Shown: positions 9,395 to 18,532 of the stretch, piece by piece
Layout of the letters: each line of letters opens with the position of its first letter
How positions within the stretch are numbered: the stretch's first letter is position 1
Virus record (IMG/VR): IMGVR_UViG_642918906_000001
Location: 252,675-316,674 of that record
From: a virus
Taxonomy: Duplodnaviria > Caudoviricetes
Length of the DNA: 64,000 nucleotides
Strand: one strand, 5' to 3'
Notes under the pieces: model-generated
What the model was told of the DNA's origin: nothing
The model's database searches: none
The model's input: only the letters and a program-made list of their open reading frames with translations
Program-made: the position numbers and the translations under genes

Positions 9395-9976
9395 ATGACC
9401 GATATAATGGACACTCTGATTCAAGAAGCTGTAAATGGCGCACGTGATATCACAGTGGCCATTGGCGATCAAGAACTTCAATTTGAGGTTTGGTTTAATT
9501 ATTTCCTGAGTAAGGTGGGTGAACGTAACCTCTTTAACAAGGCCGTGATCTACGATGACCTAACCTTTAATATGGATGGGTACAGTCCAACCATGTTCCC
9601 TGTGGTCAATCAACTCATCAAAGGAATGTCTTATGTAGGGATGGATATCATCAAGCCATCTAAGACTGGACCGGTTCCAGAGGAACTGGCTGAAACATTT
9701 GGCTCGATGATTGCTGACGACCTCGAAGATCTTTACTGGGTATTGTTCACCATCGTTGAACACGGACATCCATTAAAAGGTGTACGGTATGCCACAGCTT
9801 ATCGTAACGGGGAATTGATTTACCCGCCAGTTGATCCGACCTTCACTGAATACTACCCTGATGAGCACGTGCATGAACAAGCCCGTGGTATTTTTATCGA
9901 TATCAAAGAACGGTTTCTCCGCACGACTCGTCCTGAACTTTTCAAAACTGACGCTAAAGGTGTATTGTTGCCATGA
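9395..9976 (+). CDS. Hypothetical protein
   Basis: 193-aa ORF in operon. Confidence 0.8.
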   Translation: MTDIMDTLIQEAVNGARDITVAIGDQELQFEVWFNYFLSKVGERNLFNKAVIYDDLTFNMDGYSPTMFPVVNQLIKGMSYVGMDIIKPSKTGPVPEELAETFGSMIADDLEDLYWVLFTIVEHGHPLKGVRYATAYRNGELIYPPVDPTFTEYYPDEHVHEQARGIFIDIKERFLRTTRPELFKTDAKGVLLP

Positions 9977-10590
9977 CCGATCAAGATCTGTTTGAAGAAA
10001 TTCTGCGCATTATTAGCCATCCTAATGTAGACGCGTCTAGCTTCAAAGGGCACCCACATGAAACAGCTGTTTTCGCCATGGGTGCTTTTTCTGCCGATCC
10101 CTACTATGATGGGAGTTCACCCATTAAATCGTGGAGTCGTGTACTACAACTTGGTAGGTTGATGCAATTATTCTACGATGCACCAGCGCCAGTCTCAATC
10201 GCTATGGCCTTGTGCACAATCGAAAGGTCTAAATATTGGCCAGGTGATTCACATAACAATGTGCTCGAGGGCTTCAAGCATGTAATGTCCGATTACGCTT
10301 ATCGCATCGTGGTTAATGCTATGAGCGGCATTGAATCAAATACTACGCGGACATACCACATGCTAAACCATATCCTTCAACTGGGTTTGTTGTATAGAGT
10401 CCTAAGTTCGGGAAACCAGTCGGTTGATCTGGAGTCAGTTCAGTATTCGCTCGGACGTGCCAACATTGGTTTGCAAAGCAGTGTTGCTGAAAGTGATGAT
10501 GCCCACCCGATGGCACGGGCAATGCTTGAACGTATCATCGAAGAGGTACAACGACTTATCCAACCAAAGGTACGGAGTGATGCTGCGTAA
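9973..10590 (+). CDS. Hypothetical protein, possibly degenerate HD-domain fold
   Basis: ATGA overlap; DPYY...MALCTI...PGD spacing loosely recalls PYHN...AALxHD but has no HD residues. Confidence 0.65.
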   Translation: MTDQDLFEEILRIISHPNVDASSFKGHPHETAVFAMGAFSADPYYDGSSPIKSWSRVLQLGRLMQLFYDAPAPVSIAMALCTIERSKYWPGDSHNNVLEGFKHVMSDYAYRIVVNAMSGIESNTTRTYHMLNHILQLGLLYRVLSSGNQSVDLESVQYSLGRANIGLQSSVAESDDAHPMARAMLERIIEEVQRLIQPKVRSDAA

Positions 10591-10921
10591 AACAATAACT
10601 GTACTCGGTTTCTTGACGTTAATTAGCTGTACGCCAAGTTATGCCAAAGCTGATGTGACACCCCTTACAGCAGAACACTGCAAGACAGTTAAGGTCATGG
10701 CTCGCCAGATCTTGATCGCCATGCAGCAAGGGGCAACACAGTATCAAGTCATGCAAGACCTTAACCATCGCTCAATGATGGATTTCGGAAAGGGTGGGGA
10801 GATAGTCAAGCTTTATCTGCAAGTGAATACATCGGCCTTTGCGCGGAATATCAAGAAGGGGTTCCGTGTAGGTCAGATCTTGCAGATTGTGGACAAGGAT
10901 TGTAATACACAAGTCGAATAA
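10580..10921 (+). CDS. Exported small protein with signal peptide
   Basis: MLRKTITVLGFLTLISCTPSYAKA; GGAG RBS. Confidence 0.7.
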   Translation: MLRKTITVLGFLTLISCTPSYAKADVTPLTAEHCKTVKVMARQILIAMQQGATQYQVMQDLNHRSMMDFGKGGEIVKLYLQVNTSAFARNIKKGFRVGQILQIVDKDCNTQVE

Positions 10922-10924
10922 TAA

Positions 10925-10953
10925 CCCTCCCCTAAGGGAGGGCTTTATTCCGT
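10925..10953 (+). terminator. Intrinsic terminator with TTATTCCGT tail
   Basis: CCCTCCC-CTAA-GGGAGGG-CTTTATTCCGT. Confidence 0.8.
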
Positions 10954-10965
10954 TAACACATTTTA

Positions 10966-10985
10966 TTTGAGATTTATATTACTAA
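10966..10985 (+). promoter_or_regulatory. phiKZ-type early promoter
   Basis: TTTGAGATT-TATATTAC-TAA; the same 20-mer recurs at 63447. Confidence 0.8.
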
Positions 10986-11009
10986 AGTGTAATAATTCAA
11001 AGGTGATCC

Positions 11010-11447
11010 ATGGAACATACAAGATTAGTCGTGGAGGGCCGATGGGTAAATCGAGGTTGCGTCGGGTTACCGAAATGGCAGCTGATGGTTCATCCCGTCG
11101 TCATTAAGTCTCAAATCAATAAAGGTTATGCCGGATGTATCGTACTAGGTGATATGGATTTACCTGACCTACCTATAGTAGACTCTCAATCACCAAAGAC
11201 AATTGATCTCACCCTGCACAACTTTGGGCAGTATAGTTGTAACGAAGGTTTTGAATGGCAGCTGTTGTTGACAACACCAGTACCGTTCATTAAAGACACA
11301 GCCTTCGAAGCACAACGTAAAAACGGTTATGTGTTTCTAGAAGACATTAAACCAAAAGATACTGAGGACGATCTCGATATGTGGATCTTTGAATCACTCA
11401 GTAGTTTGACCGGACCACGTACCATCTCATTCACAAAGGAAAGCTAA
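11010..11447 (+). CDS. Hypothetical early protein
   Basis: AAGGT RBS, first gene after promoter. Confidence 0.75.
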   Translation: MEHTRLVVEGRWVNRGCVGLPKWQLMVHPVVIKSQINKGYAGCIVLGDMDLPDLPIVDSQSPKTIDLTLHNFGQYSCNEGFEWQLLLTTPVPFIKDTAFEAQRKNGYVFLEDIKPKDTEDDLDMWIFESLSSLTGPRTISFTKES

Positions 11448-11448
11448 C

Positions 11449-11805
11449 ATGACTATCTATTTCGAAGGTGACGGCAAATCCCGTCCAGTAACTATCTCCG
11501 AGTGCCGCGATCAATTCATCAGTACTTTGAAAGACGTACGTGATGAGATTCTGAACGATCCCACCTTGGAATCTTACGAGGATACTCCACAACGCGACCG
11601 TGTGATCGCTGACCGTGTGATCGGCGGCGTTCTGGGTGTGTTGGACGGTAACAGTGATACATTCCCAGCGGTAAACCTCATCACCTATATCGCTGACGGT
11701 GAAGTCGAAGAAGCCAAAGCCGCAGGTGCCAACTATCTCGACCACTCTGAGTTCGCCGACTTTGGTCAGGGTCTACAAGAGTATTGGAATCAGGTATCTA
11801 ACTAA
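11449..11805 (+). CDS. Acidic paralog family A, member 1
   Basis: GGVLGVLDG core; ends EYWNQVSN. Confidence 0.8.
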   Translation: MTIYFEGDGKSRPVTISECRDQFISTLKDVRDEILNDPTLESYEDTPQRDRVIADRVIGGVLGVLDGNSDTFPAVNLITYIADGEVEEAKAAGANYLDHSEFADFGQGLQEYWNQVSN

Positions 11806-12077
11806 TGGCCAGCCTAGAAGACGACGTTGTATCCCATATCGCCTGGAACCTTTATGGGATTCGCAATACCCTGATCAACGATGAACTCCATAAGCTGACA
11901 CCAGTGCAATTAGTAGACGCCGCTATTAGTCGTACTACAGCAGCTATTCAAGATAGTTTCGAGTTGAAAGCTAAGGGTGCATGTGAATCGAATGGCGACC
12001 CTCATTACTGTGTCGACATCTCGACCTATTATTGGGGTATTGTCAATGACCCTAATGTGGTGATGCATGAGAGCTGA
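11805..12077 (+). CDS. Acidic paralog family A, member 2
   Basis: AAISRTTAAIQDSFEL...YYWGIVN. Confidence 0.7.
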   Translation: MASLEDDVVSHIAWNLYGIRNTLINDELHKLTPVQLVDAAISRTTAAIQDSFELKAKGACESNGDPHYCVDISTYYWGIVNDPNVVMHES

Positions 12078-12291
12078 ATGGTGGGTGACTGAACGTAACA
12101 ATCTACAGCTTTCAATCTCTTACCAACAACCCAATGAAACCAGTTCCGGTACATCGGGCTGTAGTAGTGGATGGTGGTTACCTATAGAAGGTGGGATTGA
12201 AGCAACTGCCGAACGCATTCTGGCTATCGTAAAGAAAGACTGGAATTGGCGTGAAGTTAAAGATCTCGATTCGTGGAAGAAACTTTTATGA
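12067..12291 (+). CDS. Hypothetical Trp-rich protein
   Basis: Overlapping ORF in operon. Confidence 0.6.
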   Translation: MRAEWWVTERNNLQLSISYQQPNETSSGTSGCSSGWWLPIEGGIEATAERILAIVKKDWNWREVKDLDSWKKLL

Positions 12292-12659
12292 AAACTGCAA
12301 TTGTTCCAAATGACCCAGGCCTTACCCGTCTGATGGAAGTGAACGCTGAGCTCTCAGTGGCACTTGAACAATACGAGAATCATTTCCGTGGTGAGGTGGT
12401 CCGACACCAGTTTGATGCCGTGTCCAGTTCACTGAAGGCCATTACTGATCGCTTGCCCAATCTCAGTGATCAAGAACTACGTATCATTGAGGCTGGTGTC
12501 GCTGATGCCGTTCATAACGCCAGTGAATATACCGTAGAAATGATCGGGCTACACGAGCGTACTCTTGGACTGACTTCCGAAACGGCTCCTGCCGAAATCG
12601 CTAAATCGGCCAATACCATTTTCGGCCAACGAATCGCTAAATATTGGGACGATGTATAA
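12288..12659 (+). CDS. Acidic paralog family A, member 3
   Basis: Ends IAKYWDDV. Confidence 0.7.
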   Translation: MKTAIVPNDPGLTRLMEVNAELSVALEQYENHFRGEVVRHQFDAVSSSLKAITDRLPNLSDQELRIIEAGVADAVHNASEYTVEMIGLHERTLGLTSETAPAEIAKSANTIFGQRIAKYWDDV

Positions 12660-13258
12660 TGTCAGAAAAAGGATATATCGTCGCCGTCACACCTTACGTT
12701 AAGCAGAGTCAGAAATATATGAAGAAGCCAGAAATGACTTACGAGTTTATTAGCCATACTGATCGTAAGCGCTATATCCAATTTGCTCACCAAGCATGGC
12801 TACTGGGTTTGCATGAAGATGGTTATCTGCAAAGCCATCTCCGTACGATTTGGAATTGGGGCGATAACTACTTTAGCCAAAACTACACAATCGACTATGA
12901 TTTCGTAGTAGTACGTGCTGACGGCGCGATCGTGGGTATCATCCTTCACGAACATCGTAACTCGACTATTGACACTTACGTGATCCCTAGTTGGCGCCGA
13001 CGTGGTGTCGCTAGCGGTATGGTTAATGCACTGCGTGGATTCGTTGGCGATAGTAAAGTGCTATGTGGCTGGCGCGGTAAGACAGGTCAAGGTTGGGAAC
13101 GTTACTATGAACGTAACTTCATTCTCTATATGGACCAACCCGTCCCACGCGAGATTCTCGATAAGCACTTGACTAAATCTGACGCAGAAACCGCTTTCTT
13201 CAAATCCCTTAAACTGAAAATGTCTGCCGCTTATCGGAAACATAAATCAGGTAAATAA
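12659..13258 (+). CDS. GNAT-family acetyltransferase
   Basis: Acetyl-CoA motif A TYVIPSWRRRGVASGMV. Confidence 0.85.
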   Translation: MSEKGYIVAVTPYVKQSQKYMKKPEMTYEFISHTDRKRYIQFAHQAWLLGLHEDGYLQSHLRTIWNWGDNYFSQNYTIDYDFVVVRADGAIVGIILHEHRNSTIDTYVIPSWRRRGVASGMVNALRGFVGDSKVLCGWRGKTGQGWERYYERNFILYMDQPVPREILDKHLTKSDAETAFFKSLKLKMSAAYRKHKSGK

Positions 13259-13259
13259 C

Positions 13260-13805
13260 ATGATTAACGTGACGCACGTAAAACGCTCTGACCATGACCA
13301 CTTCATTCGCGTAAACCAAACATTGTTGAAAGGGCGCTACTTCGAACCAAGTGGCCTGCTAAAATTCAGATTAGCTCACACCATCGCCGGTGAAGGATGG
13401 GCATATGGCGAAGACTTTGATTTGTTCCTAGCCTACGCAGAAGGTCGATTAGCAGGCTACTGTGTTTACCTACCTAAAACTAATGGCGTTGAGTTTTACG
13501 TGGTGCCACGTTACAGACGACAAGGTGTAGCATCCGCTTTGGTAAAAGCTGTGCGTAAGCTCACTGGCTATACAGTACTATGCGCTAAGCCTGGATTTCA
13601 GGGCAGTGAAGAGTTCTTTAGACAGGCCCATATCTTTGTAGAAAACGATGATCGCGTTTATGCCACCTTGCGTGAACTAGGTGGTGATAATTACGCCTTG
13701 CTTCCACCCGATGAGTTCGTTAAACTCTATCACCGCGCAAACGCAACTCTTAAAATGCAACTACACCACGCTTTGAGAAAACAAAATGCAACTGCACTGG
13801 GCTGA
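13260..13805 (+). CDS. GNAT-family acetyltransferase (tandem paralog)
   Basis: Motif A FYVVPRYRRQGVASALV; C-terminal LKMQL matches LKLKM of its neighbour. Confidence 0.85.
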   Translation: MINVTHVKRSDHDHFIRVNQTLLKGRYFEPSGLLKFRLAHTIAGEGWAYGEDFDLFLAYAEGRLAGYCVYLPKTNGVEFYVVPRYRRQGVASALVKAVRKLTGYTVLCAKPGFQGSEEFFRQAHIFVENDDRVYATLRELGGDNYALLPPDEFVKLYHRANATLKMQLHHALRKQNATALG

Positions 13806-14016
13806 ACTATTTATACTGGGTATGTGGACTTTAGCGGGAGGCTTTACATTCATCGGTGAGTTATTTAAAATACCGGTGATGCAATGTCAAAGCCTTTTTG
13901 GAGTTACCTCACGATGGGGTAAGTTCAGTATCGGTTTAGCTTTACTGGCATTCGTAATAATGCGAACCACTCAATGGCTGACGTCTGAAAACCCAACAAT
14001 CAACTGGCAGATGTAA
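13786..14016 (+). CDS. Small two-TM membrane protein
   Basis: Two hydrophobic segments. Confidence 0.65.
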   Translation: MQLHWAELFILGMWTLAGGFTFIGELFKIPVMQCQSLFGVTSRWGKFSIGLALLAFVIMRTTQWLTSENPTINWQM

Positions 14017-14043
14017 TAATTCTTTAACTTAGAGGATTCACAA

Positions 14044-14322
14044 ATGAGCGTAGACAATTTCATTGGTGCAGTAAAAGTAAAACGTGACGAAGCTGTAGAA
14101 CACTTCCTGTCGGAAGACTTCCACCAGGCTATGGCGAATGGCGTAGAAGAACCTGAAGCCGTAGTACGTAAAGGTATTGATCAACTAGTTGGCGGTATTC
14201 TGGATGTCATCTCTGAGCAGTATGAAGATATCGTAACTGCCGAAGATTCTGAAGGTGAGTCGGTTAGCGTAACCGTCGCAAGTGACCTCTCAACTCTGTA
14301 CTTTGAAGAGGTATCGAACTAA
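14044..14322 (+). CDS. Acidic paralog family A, member 4
   Basis: LVGGILDVISEQY...LYFEEVSN; GAGGA RBS. Confidence 0.8.
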   Translation: MSVDNFIGAVKVKRDEAVEHFLSEDFHQAMANGVEEPEAVVRKGIDQLVGGILDVISEQYEDIVTAEDSEGESVSVTVASDLSTLYFEEVSN

Positions 14323-14636
14323 TGTCTGAAGCTAATGCAGTGGAACAAGAAGAAACATACGCAACTGGTACTCAGGTTGTATTGGCTGAATTGAATAAAC
14401 TCCCTGAAAAGATTCTGGGTTACGCTATTCTGGACAATGCTGCTCCAGATGTAAAACTCATTCAGGAAGCCATACGTCGAACGCTGGGTATCGTTGAAAC
14501 CCATATGGATCTTAGCTATCCAGATTCTGACCTCGTACCACAAGGCGAAGGTCCTGACGTTCAACTGACTAAGGTTGAAGTTCATGTGCCAGTAACTGAC
14601 CTCGCTACCAAGTACTGGGATATGGTGAACGGCTAA
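14322..14636 (+). CDS. Acidic paralog family A, member 5
   Basis: AIRRTLGIVE...KYWDMVNG; TAATG coupling. Confidence 0.8.
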   Translation: MSEANAVEQEETYATGTQVVLAELNKLPEKILGYAILDNAAPDVKLIQEAIRRTLGIVETHMDLSYPDSDLVPQGEGPDVQLTKVEVHVPVTDLATKYWDMVNG

Positions 14637-15112
14637 TGACTACTGAACGTAAGCCAGCCCCGGAGATCACAGATCCATGGCTGCGTGAACATGCAGCCTC
14701 GATTAGTGAAGGGGCTCAAATGCTATTCGATCAAAGGGCTCTGAGTGCCGCTGCACAAGGTGCTAAGTCCATGATCAATAGTTGGGTAGGTGAAGCCATC
14801 CAAACAGCTGTATCGGCCGCTCTGACAATGGAACGACCTAAACCTGATCCCGAGGCTAAAGCGATTCTCGACGGTTCGGTATGTGCGATCACTATTGGTC
14901 AATGCGAAGAACTGTTGTTGCAGATTGATGACGATAAAGCCCGCGCTGCCGTTCACTCAACGGTAGAGCATGTATTGGAAGTCATCAATGACCAGTTCTA
15001 TCTGACCCCGAAAGTGCAGGCTAGTGTCGACGGTACCCTGACAACTCGTCCCGCTCCAGTAGACTCGATAGATGCTAATCTGGCATTGCTCTGGGAAGCA
15101 GTTTCTAACTAA
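14636..15112 (+). CDS. Acidic paralog family A, member 6
   Basis: TVEHVLEVINDQFYL...LLWEAVSN; TAATG coupling. Confidence 0.8.
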   Translation: MTTERKPAPEITDPWLREHAASISEGAQMLFDQRALSAAAQGAKSMINSWVGEAIQTAVSAALTMERPKPDPEAKAILDGSVCAITIGQCEELLLQIDDDKARAAVHSTVEHVLEVINDQFYLTPKVQASVDGTLTTRPAPVDSIDANLALLWEAVSN

Positions 15113-15133
15113 GTTCTTAATAAAGGTATAGTC

Positions 15134-15490
15134 ATGCAAACTCGTAAATACAAAATCGGTCAATACGTTTCCGCGACAACTCAACTGATCAATGATAAGA
15201 CTGGTGAAGTCTATTTGAATCCGGGTGAGTTGGCCCGCATCATGGTTATCGATCCGGCGTTGCATGAAGGTCGCCCATACGGACTGCGTAAAGAAGGTAA
15301 TGCTGAACTCGGTATTCAGGCTGAGCATATTACCAAGAACTACTTTGCCGAAGACCAATTGTGTGCAAGTCCACAACACCCAGCTAAGGCGGATATCTGG
15401 ACTGAAAAGCCAGAGCAGTACTTCAGTCATCCATCGCATCCGCGTCACAATGAACTGAAGGCTCAGGGCTTCCGCTACACCCCACAGTAA
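15134..15490 (+). CDS. Hypothetical protein, SH3-like beta barrel
   Basis: KYKIGQYV...GELARI...PYGL...FAEDQL pattern. Confidence 0.7.
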   Translation: MQTRKYKIGQYVSATTQLINDKTGEVYLNPGELARIMVIDPALHEGRPYGLRKEGNAELGIQAEHITKNYFAEDQLCASPQHPAKADIWTEKPEQYFSHPSHPRHNELKAQGFRYTPQ

Positions 15491-15502
15491 GTTGAGGTTG
15501 TC

Positions 15503-15703
15503 ATGGCTGAGCCTACGTCGGTAAAGAATGTTTATGCTGCCCAAGATAGACCCACACACGGACAAAGAGTCATATACTACTTCGAGCCGTTTGAGCAGTG
15601 GTATGTCGGAGTCTATGATGCCGATAAAGATTCTGTTTTTGGTAAATCAGGTTTCACCAGTTGGTTACCAGAAGTAACTAAATGGATGGACGGAGTTAAT
15701 TAA
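15503..15703 (+). CDS. Hypothetical protein
   Basis: GAGGT RBS; DRP..GQRV...VTKWM pattern common in phage small proteins. Confidence 0.7.
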   Translation: MAEPTSVKNVYAAQDRPTHGQRVIYYFEPFEQWYVGVYDADKDSVFGKSGFTSWLPEVTKWMDGVN

Positions 15704-15765
15704 ATGCCCATTTACGTACAGGTACATCCGCGAACTTTAAAGTAAACCTGCGGAGGTAATGTACC

Positions 15766-15936
15766 ATGTCCAAATCGCGTCGCACTTGCTATTTCATCAA
15801 CACGAAAGAATTCTGGTCCCCACGACCTTACCGTTTCTTCTGTTCCAATAAGGAGAACAAAGTACTCTGTCACAAAGCAGAACGTCGGGTGGTTAAGAAA
15901 GACATCATCGGTTGGGAATTGCAACAGTTGTATTAA
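15766..15936 (+). CDS. Small basic protein (56 aa, not in ORF track)
   Basis: MSKSRRTCYF...ELQQLY; GGAGGT RBS; followed by terminator 15946-15963. Confidence 0.7.
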   Translation: MSKSRRTCYFINTKEFWSPRPYRFFCSNKENKVLCHKAERRVVKKDIIGWELQQLY

Positions 15937-15987
15937 AGTAATATCGCCCTCCTTCTGGAGGGCTTCTATTCTTATAAGAGGCTTAAG

Positions 15988-16470
15988 ATGGATTGGAGAG
16001 TATACGCATCACTGGGACTCGTATTTCTTATTCTGTACATGCTGGTAGTGCCACCTAAAGCCGCACGTGAGAAACTCGTAGTGCAAGCTAAGCGTAAAAA
16101 GCGTAACGCAGAGAATGGTATCGTAGAGCCAAAGACCTATACCAGTATTAAGATCACAGGTATCACAGCTCGTCGGGGTGATTCAACCGTATACCTTACT
16201 GCACTCGGTGGCAATGATACGATCACCTTTGAGGGTATCGCTAAGGGTAACTATTCAGAGACGGCTTATGTTCTGATTGACGGTCAAGGTCAAATGAAAC
16301 AACATCCAACCGAGGTATTGGTACAGAATGAATACCGTAAAGGTGACTGGGGTATTCTGGCTGTAACGATGTCACCAGGTAACGTAACTCAACGCAGTAT
16401 CGTACCTGGAGTAATCCATGAATCCAACGCATTTAAGATCGAACTTAGTATGCATGTTAATCCTAAATAG
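15988..16470 (+). CDS. N-terminally membrane-anchored protein
   Basis: VYASLGLVFLILYMLVV; GAGG RBS. Confidence 0.8.
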   Translation: MDWRVYASLGLVFLILYMLVVPPKAAREKLVVQAKRKKRNAENGIVEPKTYTSIKITGITARRGDSTVYLTALGGNDTITFEGIAKGNYSETAYVLIDGQGQMKQHPTEVLVQNEYRKGDWGILAVTMSPGNVTQRSIVPGVIHESNAFKIELSMHVNPK

Positions 16471-16515
16471 TATAGGTTTGCAATTTCGCAATCCGTTCTA
16501 GAAAGGATTAAACTA

Positions 16516-16869
16516 ATGGCTATTCCAAGTTTGGCCGACATCAAGGCCACAGTAAGTGCCGCTGAGATCGCTCCGTATGAAGCAGATATCACAGCACATC
16601 TGGAAACAGCGGGTACTGTTGAGTATCTGGAAACTGCTCCGGCTGCAATGATTGTTCGTACCTACCCTGGTAAAGTAATTACCCCTCAAGGTATTGAAGC
16701 ATTGAAAGCTGCTCTGACTGCTGCCGGTTGGCTTACCCCTACCGTAGTTAACGGTCACGAGATCCCTGCTAGTGGTATTGGTGTTAACACCCAGCAACCA
16801 CGTCCACAGGTAACCGTAACATTTAAGCCGCCAGCGGCTACCCCACCAGAACCAGATACCGGTGGTTGA
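16516..16869 (+). CDS. Hypothetical protein
   Basis: AAGGA RBS. Confidence 0.8.
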   Translation: MAIPSLADIKATVSAAEIAPYEADITAHLETAGTVEYLETAPAAMIVRTYPGKVITPQGIEALKAALTAAGWLTPTVVNGHEIPASGIGVNTQQPRPQVTVTFKPPAATPPEPDTGG

Positions 16870-16875
16870 TTTTAA

Positions 16876-16951
16876 ATGGTCCTACCTTCGGGTAGGACTT
16901 TATACCGTCATAAAGCCAGTCCTTCGGGACTGGCAATTATGCTTTTCTTTT
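16876..16951. terminator. Back-to-back terminator hairpins between convergent genes
   Basis: GTCCTACC-TTCG-GGTAGGAC and GCCAGTCC-TTCG-GGACTGGC. Confidence 0.85.
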
Positions 16952-17185
16952 TTACAGATCTTTGAACCCTTTAGGACCAGCAAGTGTAGAAGTGGTCGTG
17001 TAGGTTTCTTTAGACGGTTTAGCCTTAGACTTCTCTACATGCTCAGGTAGTTTCTTTTTACTACCCTTGTCTTTCTCATTAAACTCTTTTGCAACTTTAG
17101 GATCGATTCCTACTTTCTTAGCGAACTTAGGATCATGGCTAGCTGCGGCCATCAGCCGCTTTTGCGCTTCAGATTTTGATGGCAT
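16952..17185 (-). CDS. Small basic protein
   Basis: MPSKSEAQKRLMAAASHDPKFAKKVGI, a recurring phage small-protein pattern; GGAG RBS. Confidence 0.75.
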   Translation of the reverse strand: MPSKSEAQKRLMAAASHDPKFAKKVGIDPKVAKEFNEKDKGSKKKLPEHVEKSKAKPSKETYTTTSTLAGPKGFKDL

Positions 17186-17221
17186 GATTATGCTCCAAGT
17201 GAGTTGGTGGTACATAGGATA

Positions 17222-17264
17222 TATTAGAAGCCTTTTAAAGAGTATATTACAATAGTGAATTAAA
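17222..17264 (+). promoter_or_regulatory. phiKZ-type early promoter within a 43-bp repeat
   Basis: TATTAGAAGCCTTTTAAAGAG-TATATTAC-AATAGTGAATTAAA. Confidence 0.85.
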
Positions 17265-17286
17265 TACTTTCCCTAGGAGTAATACC

Positions 17287-17598
17287 ATGCGTAGCTCGGA
17301 TGAGTTCAAACATTTTCACCGCCTCATTCACGCTGTAGATGTATTGGATGCAATCAAAAACGAAGTCATGGTCTGGGTCGACGAACACGGGCGGTTCCAG
17401 GTTGATTTCAGTATCCTCGGTAAGCCAGCTAGGGCTCGGATGCGTCTGGAAGAATGCGATGAGTGCAGTATTGACCTGTATGATGAACTGGGTCAGATCG
17501 ACGGCAAACTGATTGTTGATTGCGACACGGCCGAGGAGTACACTAAGCTCGCGGAACGTATGATCAGTTACCTGCATCTCCCACGCGATACCTTTTAA
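17287..17598 (+). CDS. Early protein, probable paralog of 59978..60274
   Basis: AGGAG RBS; F..L..AV..LD...F.V...A.R.I pattern. Confidence 0.8.
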   Translation: MRSSDEFKHFHRLIHAVDVLDAIKNEVMVWVDEHGRFQVDFSILGKPARARMRLEECDECSIDLYDELGQIDGKLIVDCDTAEEYTKLAERMISYLHLPRDTF

Positions 17599-17613
17599 CC
17601 CAAGGAACTTCTG

Positions 17614-17964
17614 ATGTTCAATATCGAAAACCGTGAGCAGGTCACAGATTCAGTTATTGCAGATGTATTGGAATACGCGCTGGTGGTCGGAGCGTACGAC
17701 CCACTTATGGGACGTAAGTTCATGTGTAGTGCACTGTCTCAGCTTTGGTGTGACAACGTGATTAGCAGTACTGTTAGACTCGCCTGTGTGAAAGTTGTTC
17801 TTTCCGCCATCCAAGGCGATATCACCGTTGCCACATACCTGTTAAAAAACAATATGATTGACTATAACACTTTTGCATGTAAGGTTAGTCGTCATATGGA
17901 AACCTGCCGTCACTACTGGCGACTGATTCGTAAACTACGGGGTCAACCGGCCTTGGAGATCTAA
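17614..17964 (+). CDS. Hypothetical early protein
   Basis: AAGGA RBS. Confidence 0.75.
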   Translation: MFNIENREQVTDSVIADVLEYALVVGAYDPLMGRKFMCSALSQLWCDNVISSTVRLACVKVVLSAIQGDITVATYLLKNNMIDYNTFACKVSRHMETCRHYWRLIRKLRGQPALEI

Positions 17965-17965
17965 C

Positions 17966-18304
17966 ATGTTAGAAGTCTATAATGCGTGGCTGGCGCTCCC
18001 ATGGGGCGCCAAGCTTTTGTGTACCGCCCCAATCATTGCGTTACCATTGATCTACTGTACTCACCCCAAACGAATGGGGATGGCGTGGTCACATGCTTGG
18101 ACTCAACAAATCAACAAGGAGATATCCGCTACCCGCAAGCAGCATAAAGGAGCAGTACGTAAAGCGGAAATGGTTGAAACGTTTTATCGGGTAAAAGCAA
18201 AGCTTGCATTGGAAACAGGGGAGTTTGACTGCTACCCTGATATGACACCGGAACAACGCTACGTCTGGAATTATTTCCTAGAGCGTATACGCCCCCAACT
18301 TTAA
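17966..18304 (+). CDS. Hypothetical early protein with N-terminal hydrophobic segment
   Basis: GGAG RBS. Confidence 0.75.
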   Translation: MLEVYNAWLALPWGAKLLCTAPIIALPLIYCTHPKRMGMAWSHAWTQQINKEISATRKQHKGAVRKAEMVETFYRVKAKLALETGEFDCYPDMTPEQRYVWNYFLERIRPQL

Positions 18305-18314
18305 GGAACTGTCG

Positions 18315-18527
18315 ATGCGTCGTGAAATCCGCGTCAACCCATACAAGTTCAATTATGGTGATGGTAAAGGTTCTCTGACCATCCTCATGGATATCGCAAA
18401 GGAAGTGGAGTGTGATGTCGACTATGGTAGTTGGAATAGTTGCGTTACCTACATGCCCGAAGATGATGTCCAGTTCAACAAAGTTACTGAGTTGTTGGAC
18501 GCATTCGAATTCGAATACCGTAGTTGA
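18315..18527 (+). CDS. Hypothetical acidic protein
   Basis: AAGGA RBS. Confidence 0.7.
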   Translation: MRREIRVNPYKFNYGDGKGSLTILMDIAKEVECDVDYGSWNSCVTYMPEDDVQFNKVTELLDAFEFEYRS

Positions 18528-18532
18528 TGTAA

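Noticed and set aside
11596-11623. Tandem repeat GACCGTGTGATCG x2
   Set aside because: In-frame coding duplication (DRVIADRVIG), only two copies
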